64,000 nucleotides of DNA, taken from positions 124,001 through 188,000 of the forward strand of contig AP024667.1 of NCBI GenBank assembly GCA_024346625.1, read 5' to 3'. Shown one piece after another: positions 33,322 to 43,532 of this stretch. Under the pieces are notes generated by a model. It did not search any database. It was not told the DNA's origin and saw only the letters and a list, made by a program, of their open reading frames with translations. Both the position numbers and the translations under genes were made by a program. Origin of the DNA: Williopsis jadinii (taxonomy: Eukaryota). The stretch's first letter is position 1. Every line of letters begins with the position of its first letter.

Positions 33322-35895
33322 TTAAGTACTGTTTGATGACATCTTACTTGCCACTGAACTGGACTTCTTCAATTTGATGGCAGCTATTGCGGCCTCGGAA
33401 CGTTGACTTGATTCACTGTTCTTAACATGACCTCTGTCGTCCAACTCAATAGTACCAGCGGTTTCAAATAGGGAAACAGTACCAACGAGTAAGCCCAAAG
33501 TGTCCAAGACTTGAGCAGGGTCGTTCAAGTGCGATGTAGCAGCAGTGGCTTTTGAAGCCGGTCCAACTTTGATCGGATAGATACCAAAACTGTCGAATCT
33601 TTCATTCTTGTGTGCGTTAATATCTGCTTCCCAATTGTGTTCAATTTCAATCAACTTCTTGAACATATCCTCATCTGTAGAGTCGTCACCAATGCACACA
33701 ACGAAATCTGGTAGCTCCTCATGTTTGTGATGTAGATCATCAACGTTCCCATCACCTTGGGCAGTACCATGTCTTGTCAAGACTAAACGTTTGACAATTT
33801 CACCCTTGTTCAAAAACCTTGGACGAACTTCGACATTGGCCTTGCCACTCATCACCTCAACGTCGTACTGTGTTGCAATGGTACTTTGCAACTCCTCCAT
33901 CAATTGCTTAGCATGGAATTCTCCAAGCTCTGGATCAGCACGTCTATAATGCCATGTCAATGCAACTTTTTTCTTCTCAATGTGCGAACCTGGAGTTTTA
34001 TCCGTATATCTGACGTAAATATCTTCTACTTTTCTTTGCCATGACATATCAAACTTTGCGGCTAGATTGACCCAATTTGAACCAATATCCTTCATAAAGC
34101 AACCATGTTCAGCAGACAATCCCAGCTTATGGTTTTTACCCAACCATCTCTCTAAGAATGCCTGGTCACGGCCACTAATGATCCAAATTTGGTTACGAGG
34201 ATCCTCTGATAACTTCTCCAATATGTCAATGAGTCTTGCTGATGGAATTGCAGCTGCTGGATCGTTCACAATAGGTGTGAGAGTACCATCATAATCAAAG
34301 AGGAAGAGTCTTCTGTCGGACTGCTTGTAATGTTCCAGGAGTAAAGGACGATTCAAAGAAGACGTCAAGTTTCTCTGCGGTCCACCGACGGATTCATCAA
34401 TCAGATCCTTAAGGAAAGTGCTTGTCCATTTCTCAACAGGCGTCACAGATTTGATCAACTTGGATTCCCAGTGGTCCTTCTTCGCAGCATCAGCAGTCAA
34501 TCCATCATAAATGGCCTTAGCTACAGACACAGAATCCCATGGATTAACGATGATTGCATCTTTGAGAACACCAGATGCACCACTGAATTCGGACAGAATC
34601 AAGGGCGACTGGTTGAACTTTTGAGCAACAACATACTCCAAAGCCGTGGTGTTCATACCATCACGTACCGATGAAATGACACACAGGTCTGCCACTCTTA
34701 ACAGTGCAAAATAATCCTCTTTGGGGATTCTCATCTGGTAGTGCTCCACTGGTGTAGAGTTCAAAGAACCAAATTTACCGTTGATCGATGACACGAGCTC
34801 TGTAACTTGTGTTTCAACCTTTGTCGAATGTAGTACGTTCGGAGAAGAAACTTGGATAAGTGTGACTTTATCCCTCAAATCTGGATACATTTCCAAAAAC
34901 GTTTCAAATGCTTGCAACTTCTGTACAACACCTCTAACGGTATCTAAACGGTCTCTGCCAACAATAATCTTCTTGCCTTGATGTAATTCTCTAATTGCCT
35001 TAACCTTCGAGTCGATTTCCTTGTTGAAGCAATCCTTTTCAATTTTATCAACGTCGATACCCACAGGTAAAGCATCTATATGAATAGTCTCACCGTACAT
35101 CGCAACAGAATCAGGTGTAGTTTCAGCACCAAGAATTCTCTTACAAGAACTCAAGAAGTGTCTTGCAAATGAATAGTTTTGGAACGAAATCTTGTTTGCA
35201 CCTAGCAGACCGTCCAACAGCTGTTGTCTCTTTGGCAATGCCCTAAAGTATTCACTCGAAGGGAATGGACAATGCATGAAAAATCCTACAATTGCATTAG
35301 GCAATTGCATTCTAATCAGTTGTGGCAATAGCATCAAATAGTAATCATGGATCCAGATGATATCACCCTCCTTATAGTTCTGAACAATCTTGGAAGCATA
35401 TGCCTCGTTGAACTTGACATAGTCATACCACCATTGAGATTCTTCACGTCCATCTGAAGGGGTACCCATGATATAGTGGAACGCAGGCCAAATCACATTC
35501 TCAGCGTATTGTCTCCATCTCTGTTGATCCCTTCTCAACAGCCAAATAGGATGAACATTAGCAGTCTTGTGATCGTTGCTGATCAGCTCCTCAATGTGGT
35601 CCTTATCATCAGAGTCCAAGTAATACGCCTCGTCGGTGACGCTGTTCTTGTTCTTGATCACCAATTCACCAGTCCACGCAAACAGATGGTTCTCCCATTT
35701 CGAGTCATCCAGATGCTCGAACGCAGACATCAACGCAGAGTTGCCGTGAAGCTTTGTAATCTGCCATTCGTCGCTATCAACGTTATCTTTATAAATCTCA
35801 TACGGTATGTTGGTGAAGGCATTGAGGATACGCCCACTGAGCTTTCCACTGGCAAAATCTGAAGGCTCAACGAACTTTGGACTCGAACCAGTCAT
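33322..35895 (-). CDS. TPS2: Trehalose-6-phosphate phosphatase
   Basis: GT20-like domain (IWIHDYYL, RDGMNTTALEY) plus a HAD domain (LFLFDYDGTLTPIV, IGDDSTDEDMF). Confidence 0.96.
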   Translation of the reverse strand: MTGSSPKFVEPSDFASGKLSGRILNAFTNIPYEIYKDNVDSDEWQITKLHGNSALMSAFEHLDDSKWENHLFAWTGELVIKNKNSVTDEAYYLDSDDKDHIEELISNDHKTANVHPIWLLRRDQQRWRQYAENVIWPAFHYIMGTPSDGREESQWWYDYVKFNEAYASKIVQNYKEGDIIWIHDYYLMLLPQLIRMQLPNAIVGFFMHCPFPSSEYFRALPKRQQLLDGLLGANKISFQNYSFARHFLSSCKRILGAETTPDSVAMYGETIHIDALPVGIDVDKIEKDCFNKEIDSKVKAIRELHQGKKIIVGRDRLDTVRGVVQKLQAFETFLEMYPDLRDKVTLIQVSSPNVLHSTKVETQVTELVSSINGKFGSLNSTPVEHYQMRIPKEDYFALLRVADLCVISSVRDGMNTTALEYVVAQKFNQSPLILSEFSGASGVLKDAIIVNPWDSVSVAKAIYDGLTADAAKKDHWESKLIKSVTPVEKWTSTFLKDLIDESVGGPQRNLTSSLNRPLLLEHYKQSDRRLFLFDYDGTLTPIVNDPAAAIPSARLIDILEKLSEDPRNQIWIISGRDQAFLERWLGKNHKLGLSAEHGCFMKDIGSNWVNLAAKFDMSWQRKVEDIYVRYTDKTPGSHIEKKKVALTWHYRRADPELGEFHAKQLMEELQSTIATQYDVEVMSGKANVEVRPRFLNKGEIVKRLVLTRHGTAQGDGNVDDLHHKHEELPDFVVCIGDDSTDEDMFKKLIEIEHNWEADINAHKNERFDSFGIYPIKVGPASKATAATSHLNDPAQVLDTLGLLVGTVSLFETAGTIELDDRGHVKNSESSQRSEAAIAAIKLKKSSSVASKMSSNST

Positions 35896-36347
35896 ACTCT
35901 TGTCTTCAACCCTGTTGGCTCCTGTTGTTCTTTATCTGTCCCTCTGACTTGCTCTCTGGCTCTCTTATACAGTAATGATAACCAATTACCCTCTTATACA
36001 ACTAATCCGTACAGTAACGGTAACCTCAGCTGATACAATAACTGTGACCTCCGCAACAAGAAACGAATCTCAAAGTGAACCCACTTTTGTTTGCTGAATT
36101 TCCTCTCGGCTCTGCAGTGAAACTTGTGACGTATTCCCACTCCGAACAGCAATGGACAGCTGGAGAGCGACCCAAGGTTGCTTGCGCAGTGCTGAAGTTG
36201 TGAGCCATCACGTGAACGTTGTTCATAAATACCCCAAATGGGTAATATTCTGTATTTGGATAATTTCCTCATTGGGAAGTTTTAATGTGTATATTGCTCT
36301 CAACATTGTAATAGTGCTCTCATTGATTGGCTGGTTGTTAATGTCTG

Positions 36348-37829
36348 TTAGAAGAAGGGCAGTGTTGCTGGGATCTCCAAGGTCTCGTCCTCTATCTGTA
36401 CATTTACTCCATCGCTAAGTTGCATCATGGCCTTCCTCTGTTTGCTGGTGGTGAAGACGCCATCGTGTGTAATGGCCCTCTTCTTGGAATGGTTGAGACT
36501 CTCGTCATTGTCTTGTAGCTGGGTAAATTGGGTAAGTTGTGTCAGCCTGTCCAGTGATATGGCCTCTGGCTGTGTAGGGAATAGCTCCTCTAGTTCATCT
36601 TCGAGTTCTTGCATCGATGTATCTTCAACCATAGTAACAGATGCTGGATCATCGTCTCTGTAGACTTCGATCCTAGTTGACGGGGTCATCTGGTCTGTAT
36701 TCACTGCCGTGGGTTCCTCATCTTGTGATAACGAGTGTGGCTTACGTTCCATATCTTCGTGGACATTTGAGTTGAGTTGAGAGGAGAGCATTTCCCGGGA
36801 ATTTTGGATATCGCCACATAATGAAGACGGGAGTATCTTAGCTTGGTGATCTTGCACTTTGTTCTCTTCCACATTATCGTCGCCTACTTTGCTCTCGTTC
36901 GCCTTTTCCTCCTCTGCTCCAGAATCAAAGTCACTAATGAAATCAGACTCGTCCACTGTAAAATCCTTTGAAATTCCATGCTGAGCATCTGATAACTCCA
37001 CCAATCCTGTACGATCCAGCCCAAAGGCAACAACCTGTCGCTTCACCCCTCTTGAAGCCAGCACTTTCTTCATCGATGAGCTATGCCGTATATGTGCATA
37101 TATACATGTCCCCGATGAATTGGTTGCAAAGTCTCTATATAACATGATCCTTGCTCTGAATATCTTATTCCATATGTGTTCTTGACCTAATGACGAAACC
37201 AAGATCTGTTGGTTTATATACTTACCATCCTTCGAACCATTGTTCATTCCAACAGGTACAAGCGAGATGTTTGAAGTCTCAACTGGATTTATCATCACAC
37301 AAGCACTGTTGAACCTCTGACAGTTAAGCATCAACAATTCTGCAACGTTACGTGCCAGCTTCATCTCCAAAGTGGACTTCATGCCCATCAGTTGAAGGTC
37401 TCCAACACATCTCGTCAGACAACATGAAAAGTCCTCCAGTATAATCAACGAGAACTTTGATATCTGTTCAAACGACTGTAAGAAAACGTATAACTGCCCC
37501 AATGTTGAGATTCTAACGTGATCAACATCACAAAGAGTCTCCAGATCATGCGTCACAACGGGCCTCGAATGCATCATAGATATCCAAAGCACCCTCTTAT
37601 CCATCTCCAAGGCGCTCTTGCACACCTGTAGCCCGACCTCAACCTTCCCACTGTTGTTCAAGCCACTCAACTCGTAGACCTGTCCAGGCACAAACCCTCC
37701 ACAGAGCATCTCATCAAAGCTCCTTATAGAAGTCCCAAACGCCTTCAAAGGCTGGGAAGTCCGTGACTGTAGTTGCGAAAGTGACTGGGTCTGTGTCCTG
37801 TGGATCGTCTTTCCATGTACTTTGTCCAT
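36348..37829 (-). CDS. RAD55: Rad51 paralog, Rad55-like
   Basis: RecA-like start TSIRSFDEMLCGGFVPGQVYELSGLNNSGK, Walker B-like LIILED and an acidic disordered tail. It neighbours TPS2 and PPH3, as in S. cerevisiae. Confidence 0.78.
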   Translation of the reverse strand: MDKVHGKTIHRTQTQSLSQLQSRTSQPLKAFGTSIRSFDEMLCGGFVPGQVYELSGLNNSGKVEVGLQVCKSALEMDKRVLWISMMHSRPVVTHDLETLCDVDHVRISTLGQLYVFLQSFEQISKFSLIILEDFSCCLTRCVGDLQLMGMKSTLEMKLARNVAELLMLNCQRFNSACVMINPVETSNISLVPVGMNNGSKDGKYINQQILVSSLGQEHIWNKIFRARIMLYRDFATNSSGTCIYAHIRHSSSMKKVLASRGVKRQVVAFGLDRTGLVELSDAQHGISKDFTVDESDFISDFDSGAEEEKANESKVGDDNVEENKVQDHQAKILPSSLCGDIQNSREMLSSQLNSNVHEDMERKPHSLSQDEEPTAVNTDQMTPSTRIEVYRDDDPASVTMVEDTSMQELEDELEELFPTQPEAISLDRLTQLTQFTQLQDNDESLNHSKKRAITHDGVFTTSKQRKAMMQLSDGVNVQIEDETLEIPATLPFF

Positions 37830-37847
37830 TTAACCCGTTCTGCCTTC

Positions 37848-37919
37848 TTTGTTTACTTTGTTTTGTTTACTTTGTTGATGTTGTTTGTTTACTTTTTCAC
37901 TTGTGGCTTTGTTTACTTT
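37848..37919. promoter_or_regulatory. Four exact copies of TTTGTTTACTTT (forkhead core GTAAACA)
   Basis: At 37848, 37862, 37884 and 37908, in the ~120-bp RAD55/RRG7 divergent gap. Confidence 0.55.
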
Positions 37920-37951
37920 CCCTTTCACTTCTAAACAACAACGACAGAGCT

Positions 37952-38617
37952 ATGAATAAGGTGAGTAAATTCACCGATATCACAAGCTACCTACGCTATG
38001 CTAAGGTAAATGGCACCGACCCTAGTTCAACTGTCTTTCAAGGAACCGTGTACGAGCTCTTTGTAAAGGAATCGCTGGAGAGGGACCTGTTGATGTCACG
38101 TGTAGTTCATTATGGAGGCAGTTTCGATAACGGCAGGGATCTGGCAGCGAAATGGGACCTGGAGAAGTTTAGAAGTGGGTGTGATGATGCCAGTGAGCCG
38201 CTGAGGGTCAGGGGTAGGTCGATAAAGCCCATTCTGAAGCGGAAGTCCACGCTGATGGACGTCCTGGTACAGTGTAAGAGCCAGTCTACAAAGATCACTG
38301 CGAGGGAAATTAGAGAGCTGGAAGGAACGTTCAACTTCAACGTGAATCGATCCAAGAGATACACTTCAATGGCCATCATGTGTTCTCCCTGTTTTCTGAC
38401 ATCTCAGGGACATGAACAGATGTTCAGGAGTGAAGCTCCGCTCATGTACTGCCAGATAAAGAAGCCAAAATTGCGTACACCTGGATCCGGTGATCCCTAC
38501 TGTCTTGAGGATTATCTGTTAGATGGGAAACTACTGATGGCATATTTCATGAATCCGCTGTCAATGGCCCTACTCAACGGCACATCGTTATCGTTGTCTT
38601 CAAATACCTCTTTCTAA
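37952..38617 (+). CDS. RRG7: Rrg7-like mitochondrial protein with a restriction-endonuclease-like fold
   Basis: [26 protein letters not shown] and IRELEG. The first ATG is at 37952. Confidence 0.8.
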   Translation: MNKVSKFTDITSYLRYAKVNGTDPSSTVFQGTVYELFVKESLERDLLMSRVVHYGGSFDNGRDLAAKWDLEKFRSGCDDASEPLRVRGRSIKPILKRKSTLMDVLVQCKSQSTKITAREIRELEGTFNFNVNRSKRYTSMAIMCSPCFLTSQGHEQMFRSEAPLMYCQIKKPKLRTPGSGDPYCLEDYLLDGKLLMAYFMNPLSMALLNGTSLSLSSNTSF

Positions 38618-38661
38618 GATGGCTTTCTTCACAGCTGCGTGGGAGAAATTTTCGCGTTCAC

Positions 38662-38662
38662 C

Positions 38663-38724
<62 letters not shown>
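38662..38724 (+). repeat. (CAA)21 microsatellite
   Basis: Directly visible between the RRG7 stop and the conserved PPH3 start. Confidence 0.97.
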
Positions 38725-38738
<14 letters not shown>

Positions 38739-38759
38739 GTGGACGTGAAGAACAGAACA

Positions 38760-39680
38760 ATGATTGATGTTGACGTTGCCATATCCCTTCTCAAACAGTG
38801 TAAACAACTTTCAGAACGTGATGTCTACCAATTGTGTCTCCAAGCGCAGGAGTTATTGGTAGCAGAGGCAAACGTCACCATCGTTGATACTCCAGTGACT
38901 ATATGTGGTGATATCCACGGTCAATTGCACGATCTCTTAACCCTTTTTAAACACGCTGGCGAATGCCCACAGACACGGTACTTGTTCTTGGGGGATTTTG
39001 TCGACAGAGGGTTTTACTCGTTAGAGTCCTTCTTACTTCTACTGTGCCTCAAAGTGAGATATCCTGACCGTGTCACTCTAATAAGGGGTAACCACGAATC
39101 GAGGCAGATCACAACAGTATACGGGTTCTACGACGAATGCCTCAGGAAATATGGAAGTGCAAACGTGTGGAGATACTGCTGTGAGGTGTTTGATTACTTG
39201 GCTTTGGGCGCCTTGGTTGGTGGCCCTGATGGAGTTTTTTGCGTCCATGGTGGATTATCACCAGACATTGATCAAATAAACCAGATCAAACTGATAGACA
39301 GAAAGCAGGAAGTGCCCCATGAAGGTGCGATGTGTGACTTACTGTGGTCAGACCCTGATACCGTTACTGGCTGGGGTATAAGTCCTAGAGGAGCTGGTTT
39401 CCTGTTTGGTCGTCACGAAGTGGAAAAGTTCTTGCACACCAATAACGTTAGTCTAATCGCAAGAGCTCATCAATTGGTAATGGAAGGTTATAAGGAGATG
39501 TTCGATGGTGGGCTGGTAACTGTTTGGAGTGCACCAAACTACTGTTATAGATGTGGTAACGTGGCAGCTGTTTTGGAAATTAACGATACATTAGAGAGAA
39601 AGTATACAATCTTTGAAGCTGTGTTACAAGATGCACATGCGGTGCCTTCCAAGAAACCAGCAACTGATTACTTTTTATGA
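38760..39680 (+). CDS. PPH3: PP4 serine/threonine phosphatase catalytic subunit (alternative start at 38619)
   Basis: [37 protein letters not shown] and a C-terminal DYFL. Confidence 0.92.
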   Translation: MIDVDVAISLLKQCKQLSERDVYQLCLQAQELLVAEANVTIVDTPVTICGDIHGQLHDLLTLFKHAGECPQTRYLFLGDFVDRGFYSLESFLLLLCLKVRYPDRVTLIRGNHESRQITTVYGFYDECLRKYGSANVWRYCCEVFDYLALGALVGGPDGVFCVHGGLSPDIDQINQIKLIDRKQEVPHEGAMCDLLWSDPDTVTGWGISPRGAGFLFGRHEVEKFLHTNNVSLIARAHQLVMEGYKEMFDGGLVTVWSAPNYCYRCGNVAAVLEINDTLERKYTIFEAVLQDAHAVPSKKPATDYFL

Positions 39681-39825
39681 GTGTGAATACTCTCAACGCA
39701 GGAGTTACAATATCTTTGAATCGTAAAAATCGTTGAATTGTTCTCTGGTTGGTTGAATATTTTCTACTCGTCTATCGATTTATCTAACTTTCTGAAAAGT
39801 GGATGGTGTAAGAGGGGAAACCATT

Positions 39826-40743
39826 TCACTTCTTCTTCTTGAAAAGATCCAACATTGCAAGTTGAATGAATCTTACCTGGATATATGAATTATCTTCCGT
39901 TGCCAAATCAGCAAAAGCACAGTACCAGGCAAACAATGCACAGATTATTCCCATATAACCACCAGCCTTGGTACAATTTGTGCTTGGACCCAGCTTACCC
40001 GCAGCCAATAGCCAAAACGTGATCTCCAAGGTGAAAAAGGTTCCAAAGAAAGGAATGGTGCACTTTTTAGTAAGCAAAGTCAACCCCAAAGTGAAGATGG
40101 CCCAACCTATGAGATAAAATCCAAGTGCATTGTTCAACTCATCTTGATTGTCGCCATAGGCACTCACTATTCCAAAGAAATCAACATATATTGCACCAAA
40201 ACTGAGCCAATAGGCACCATAAGATGTCAACGAAACGGCCCCAAAAGTGTTACCAGATGCAAGTTCCCACATTCCAGCCAACAGCTGTGTCATGCCACCA
40301 TAAAAGAATGCTAATCCAACAATCACATTAGGTGTTGTTACACCTCTTGCCTCTACATTAATCAAAGAAATTACAAAAGTTGTCAAGGCAAAGGCGCACA
40401 TCCCTAATGGGCCAGGATCACCAAATTTTCTATGTGATGTTCTCTGAGAATGAGATGGAGTTAAAGAATCGCCAAATGCTTTCAGCATATCAGATTTCAA
40501 GAACTTCTTATCGTCCAAATGGATGTATTCGTTTTCTGAACCAGATGTTGTAACCGAATACACGAGCTCATTGGCACTGAGTTTGTGCAATGGTGTTTGA
40601 TCGTTAAGAATGTATGCTTTTGTATCGTCATAACGCCTATTTACATGTCCAGAATCACTGCTCAAATGTGATATTTGAGCTTCTAAATCGTGGTTGGAGA
40701 AATATGAATTGGTGGTGGTACTTTCAGTTTGACCTGTTGACAT
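39826..40743 (-). CDS. Gpr1/Fun34/SatP (ATO/ADY2) acetate/ammonia transporter family
   Basis: FGDPGPLGMCAFALTT, FYGGMTQLLAGMWE, NTFG and SYGAYW; about 6 TM helices. Confidence 0.9.
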   Translation of the reverse strand: MSTGQTESTTTNSYFSNHDLEAQISHLSSDSGHVNRRYDDTKAYILNDQTPLHKLSANELVYSVTTSGSENEYIHLDDKKFLKSDMLKAFGDSLTPSHSQRTSHRKFGDPGPLGMCAFALTTFVISLINVEARGVTTPNVIVGLAFFYGGMTQLLAGMWELASGNTFGAVSLTSYGAYWLSFGAIYVDFFGIVSAYGDNQDELNNALGFYLIGWAIFTLGLTLLTKKCTIPFFGTFFTLEITFWLLAAGKLGPSTNCTKAGGYMGIICALFAWYCAFADLATEDNSYIQVRFIQLAMLDLFKKKK

Positions 40744-42011
40744 TACGTTATAGTAAAATGGTTGTAAGATGCCAATGTGTTATGTGATCTTCAGCAATTG
40801 GAGAGAGGAGGGGTGCATGGTGACATTTAAATACTTTTCGACATGGGTGTCGAAAAGTCCAAGGAATTCAGGCCATGAGTCCAGCCTAAACATTGTACAT
40901 ATTGTACTCGTCTCTCTCTTCAGGGCCCCTCTGTATGTTCATATGTACACATATTTTCCTCGACGCTGGTGATGTACGTGCTGTGCATACGACCTGAGCC
41001 CCCAAATTGTACAACCCAAACTGGAACGGCCCTCGTCATGGTAAATAGAACGGCTGTCTTAAGGCCTCAACTCGAGAGTTACGATCTACACAACGTACAT
41101 GAAGCTATACAACAAGCTCAGCTTTAAGATGGGCAATGAGGCTGACGGACAGGGTCCTTGGGCATGAGCTCTCAATTATGAATACTGAAAAAACACCCTT
41201 GAAACCTTCATCTTGGAAATTCCAGATGACTGGATTAGCCGTTTAAAATTACCCCCATTGCATACATTGTACATACTGGACCATTATAACAGTAATATTG
41301 ATCCAATGAGCCCTGGAAATGATGTAGTTCACGCTAATTTACTTCGACTAATGAAGGACCTTGGTCTCTCTTTATCTACTTCTTGATTAAACACTCTGCT
41401 TGTGTTCAATGGAATGAGGTGGTGTGAATCCGATAATTTACGTGTGAAATGACTCCACCGGCAACGTGGTTGCCCGTGAATTTGGCTATGTATGTAATCC
41501 TGGCTCTCAGTGAGACTGCACACCCTATTTTTATGGCTTCAATGCTCCGCCAACCGTGAGCCTCCTGTAACACCGCTTCAATATTATACACGCTCGGAGC
41601 GAGACTGTGCTAGAGCCGCATTCCAGACCCTGGCACGCTGTGTCTGCCCAGACTAGACGTAGCACACACGCACACCACATCTACGTCTACTTCAATCTCG
41701 GCAATTCTAAAGGTGGGTATATATTGGCAAAAACGCTCAGACGTTGGTGCATAGCCCAATCATGTGCTGGCCGGAGCTCTGATCGTCTTTGACATCTTGC
41801 TTGGTAGTTAGAAAACCCGAGAAGATAAGTGTGGTGGGAGAATACGACAGATCTGCTGTCCCTGTACACAGTCGTACGCGGGTGTCAGCGTACAAATTGG
41901 TACGCTGAGATGAGATGATGATGATGATGAGCTAGTGGTGGGTGCCGTCCCTCGCTGTACAACGGAAAAACTCCATGCAGTATCGGAAATGCACGCGGTT
42001 CTGCATGAAGT

Positions 42012-42056
42012 GGTGTCTGGGTTTATGGGTGTCCGGGTTGATAGGTGTCCAGGTGT
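42012..42056 (+). promoter_or_regulatory. Three GGTGTC(C/T)(G/A)GGT motifs spaced exactly 16 bp apart (Rap1/telomere-like)
   Basis: Starts at 42012, 42028 and 42044; this is the reverse complement of the motif at 12686-12728. Confidence 0.5.
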
Positions 42057-42154
42057 ATCACGACTGGTGCCTCTCTTCCTACGCTAGCTTGTACGCGTTT
42101 ATGCCACAATTAATACACAACCAGGCCTGTCCATCACCAAGGAAGAGGCCCGCC

Positions 42155-43501
42155 ATGTCCAATGTACTACCCAGTCAGATCCCTGGATCGTCTCCCACGG
42201 GCTCGATTATCGAGATACCTACGGATCAACAAAGCTTTGACTCGAAGGACGTTGTGACGTTGAACTCAACCTCTATACACCAGGACTCGAGTGGCCTGTT
42301 CGAGGTGTCTCAGACAGAATACCTCCTGTCACAGAAGACGAATGCCGGTGTTGATAGTGACAACTTCGGTGATACTCAGTATAACGAGCTACGGTCTGCA
42401 CAGACACCTCCACCATCGGATTCTCAAGAGATCAGGTCTTCACCATTGGTGGGCTCTCCAGAGAGAGATCATGTGTGTAAAGTACGCACACCTCAAAGAC
42501 GTACAAATGACTCAAATCCCAGTGTCCAGAAGACATCGTTTTGCATGATATCGCCCATCAGAGTTCACTCGCTGTCTCCGAAGAGGAAGAACGTGCTCAT
42601 TGCCCAAGAATCATACTCCATACCGAATCTGATGTCGTCACCTGCGAGCAGAGCTGATGATTCATCGTCACCTAGCACACCTTCTATCTATCTCACAGCT
42701 AGACAGAACGCATCTCCCAGTATTGGAGAAAGAGTACGAACAACAACAGAAGTCACGTTCCAAGGCCAGCTTGATCCAGTGGCAAACTCGAGCTCGCCTG
42801 CTTCTGGAGATTTCTCCACCAGAATAATCAACAGGAAGAGACTTCGCAGTGACGATGTACCTGATACATCTGACGACGATGAAGATATAAGCATCATTGA
42901 GATAACGAGAACCGTCAAGAGGAACAAGAGTGTGTTGCAAGTGCCCTCGTCTCAAAACGTATCGCAGAAAAGTTCGCCATTATTACCTAGAGGGCTTTGT
43001 ATACCAAGAACAAGCAACTCAAGCCCTTTAAAGCATACGCTTGGTGCTATCGAAGATTTGAGTGATAAGGAGGAAGGTGATGATATATGTGACGATGATG
43101 AACTTATGCAAATGTCCATGGATCACCTGAGACAGACGATTATGCGTTATGGGTTGAAACCTTCAAAGAGTAAGCTATCCATGGTGAACTCGATAAGACG
43201 AGTCACACGGTACCTGTCTCAAGATTCCGTACACCAACTATCAATGAGCCAGGACATTGTTCTATCTCAGAAAGTTGTGCGAAGGGACATCTTCAAAGTC
43301 GTCAACAGTGTCATTAGGCAAGATGAGAAGATTTGGGAGAAGATCTATACATTTGAGCCGGTCAGTCCCGATTCAATATTGACGTTGTTACGGGATAACG
43401 ATATAGAAATATCACCAGAACTGTTTAAAGAATGGTGTGATTATAACAGCATATCTCTACTGGACCCTGGTGATAACGTGGACTCAGATTTGGTACCATA
43501 G
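42155..43501 (+). CDS. SLX4: Structure-specific endonuclease scaffold Slx4
   Basis: S/TQ- and SP-rich disordered N-terminus, SAP-like LRQTIMRYGLKPSKSK, and C-terminal IWEKIYTFEPV...KEWCDYNSI. The start could be 42101. Confidence 0.78.
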   Translation: MSNVLPSQIPGSSPTGSIIEIPTDQQSFDSKDVVTLNSTSIHQDSSGLFEVSQTEYLLSQKTNAGVDSDNFGDTQYNELRSAQTPPPSDSQEIRSSPLVGSPERDHVCKVRTPQRRTNDSNPSVQKTSFCMISPIRVHSLSPKRKNVLIAQESYSIPNLMSSPASRADDSSSPSTPSIYLTARQNASPSIGERVRTTTEVTFQGQLDPVANSSSPASGDFSTRIINRKRLRSDDVPDTSDDDEDISIIEITRTVKRNKSVLQVPSSQNVSQKSSPLLPRGLCIPRTSNSSPLKHTLGAIEDLSDKEEGDDICDDDELMQMSMDHLRQTIMRYGLKPSKSKLSMVNSIRRVTRYLSQDSVHQLSMSQDIVLSQKVVRRDIFKVVNSVIRQDEKIWEKIYTFEPVSPDSILTLLRDNDIEISPELFKEWCDYNSISLLDPGDNVDSDLVP

Positions 43502-43532
43502 ATCTAATAATAAAAATGAATAGACATTCCAG

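Noticed and set aside
41942..42100. Extended SLX4 N-terminus from the ORF track
   Set aside because: It uses a GTG start and runs through promoter-like repeats.
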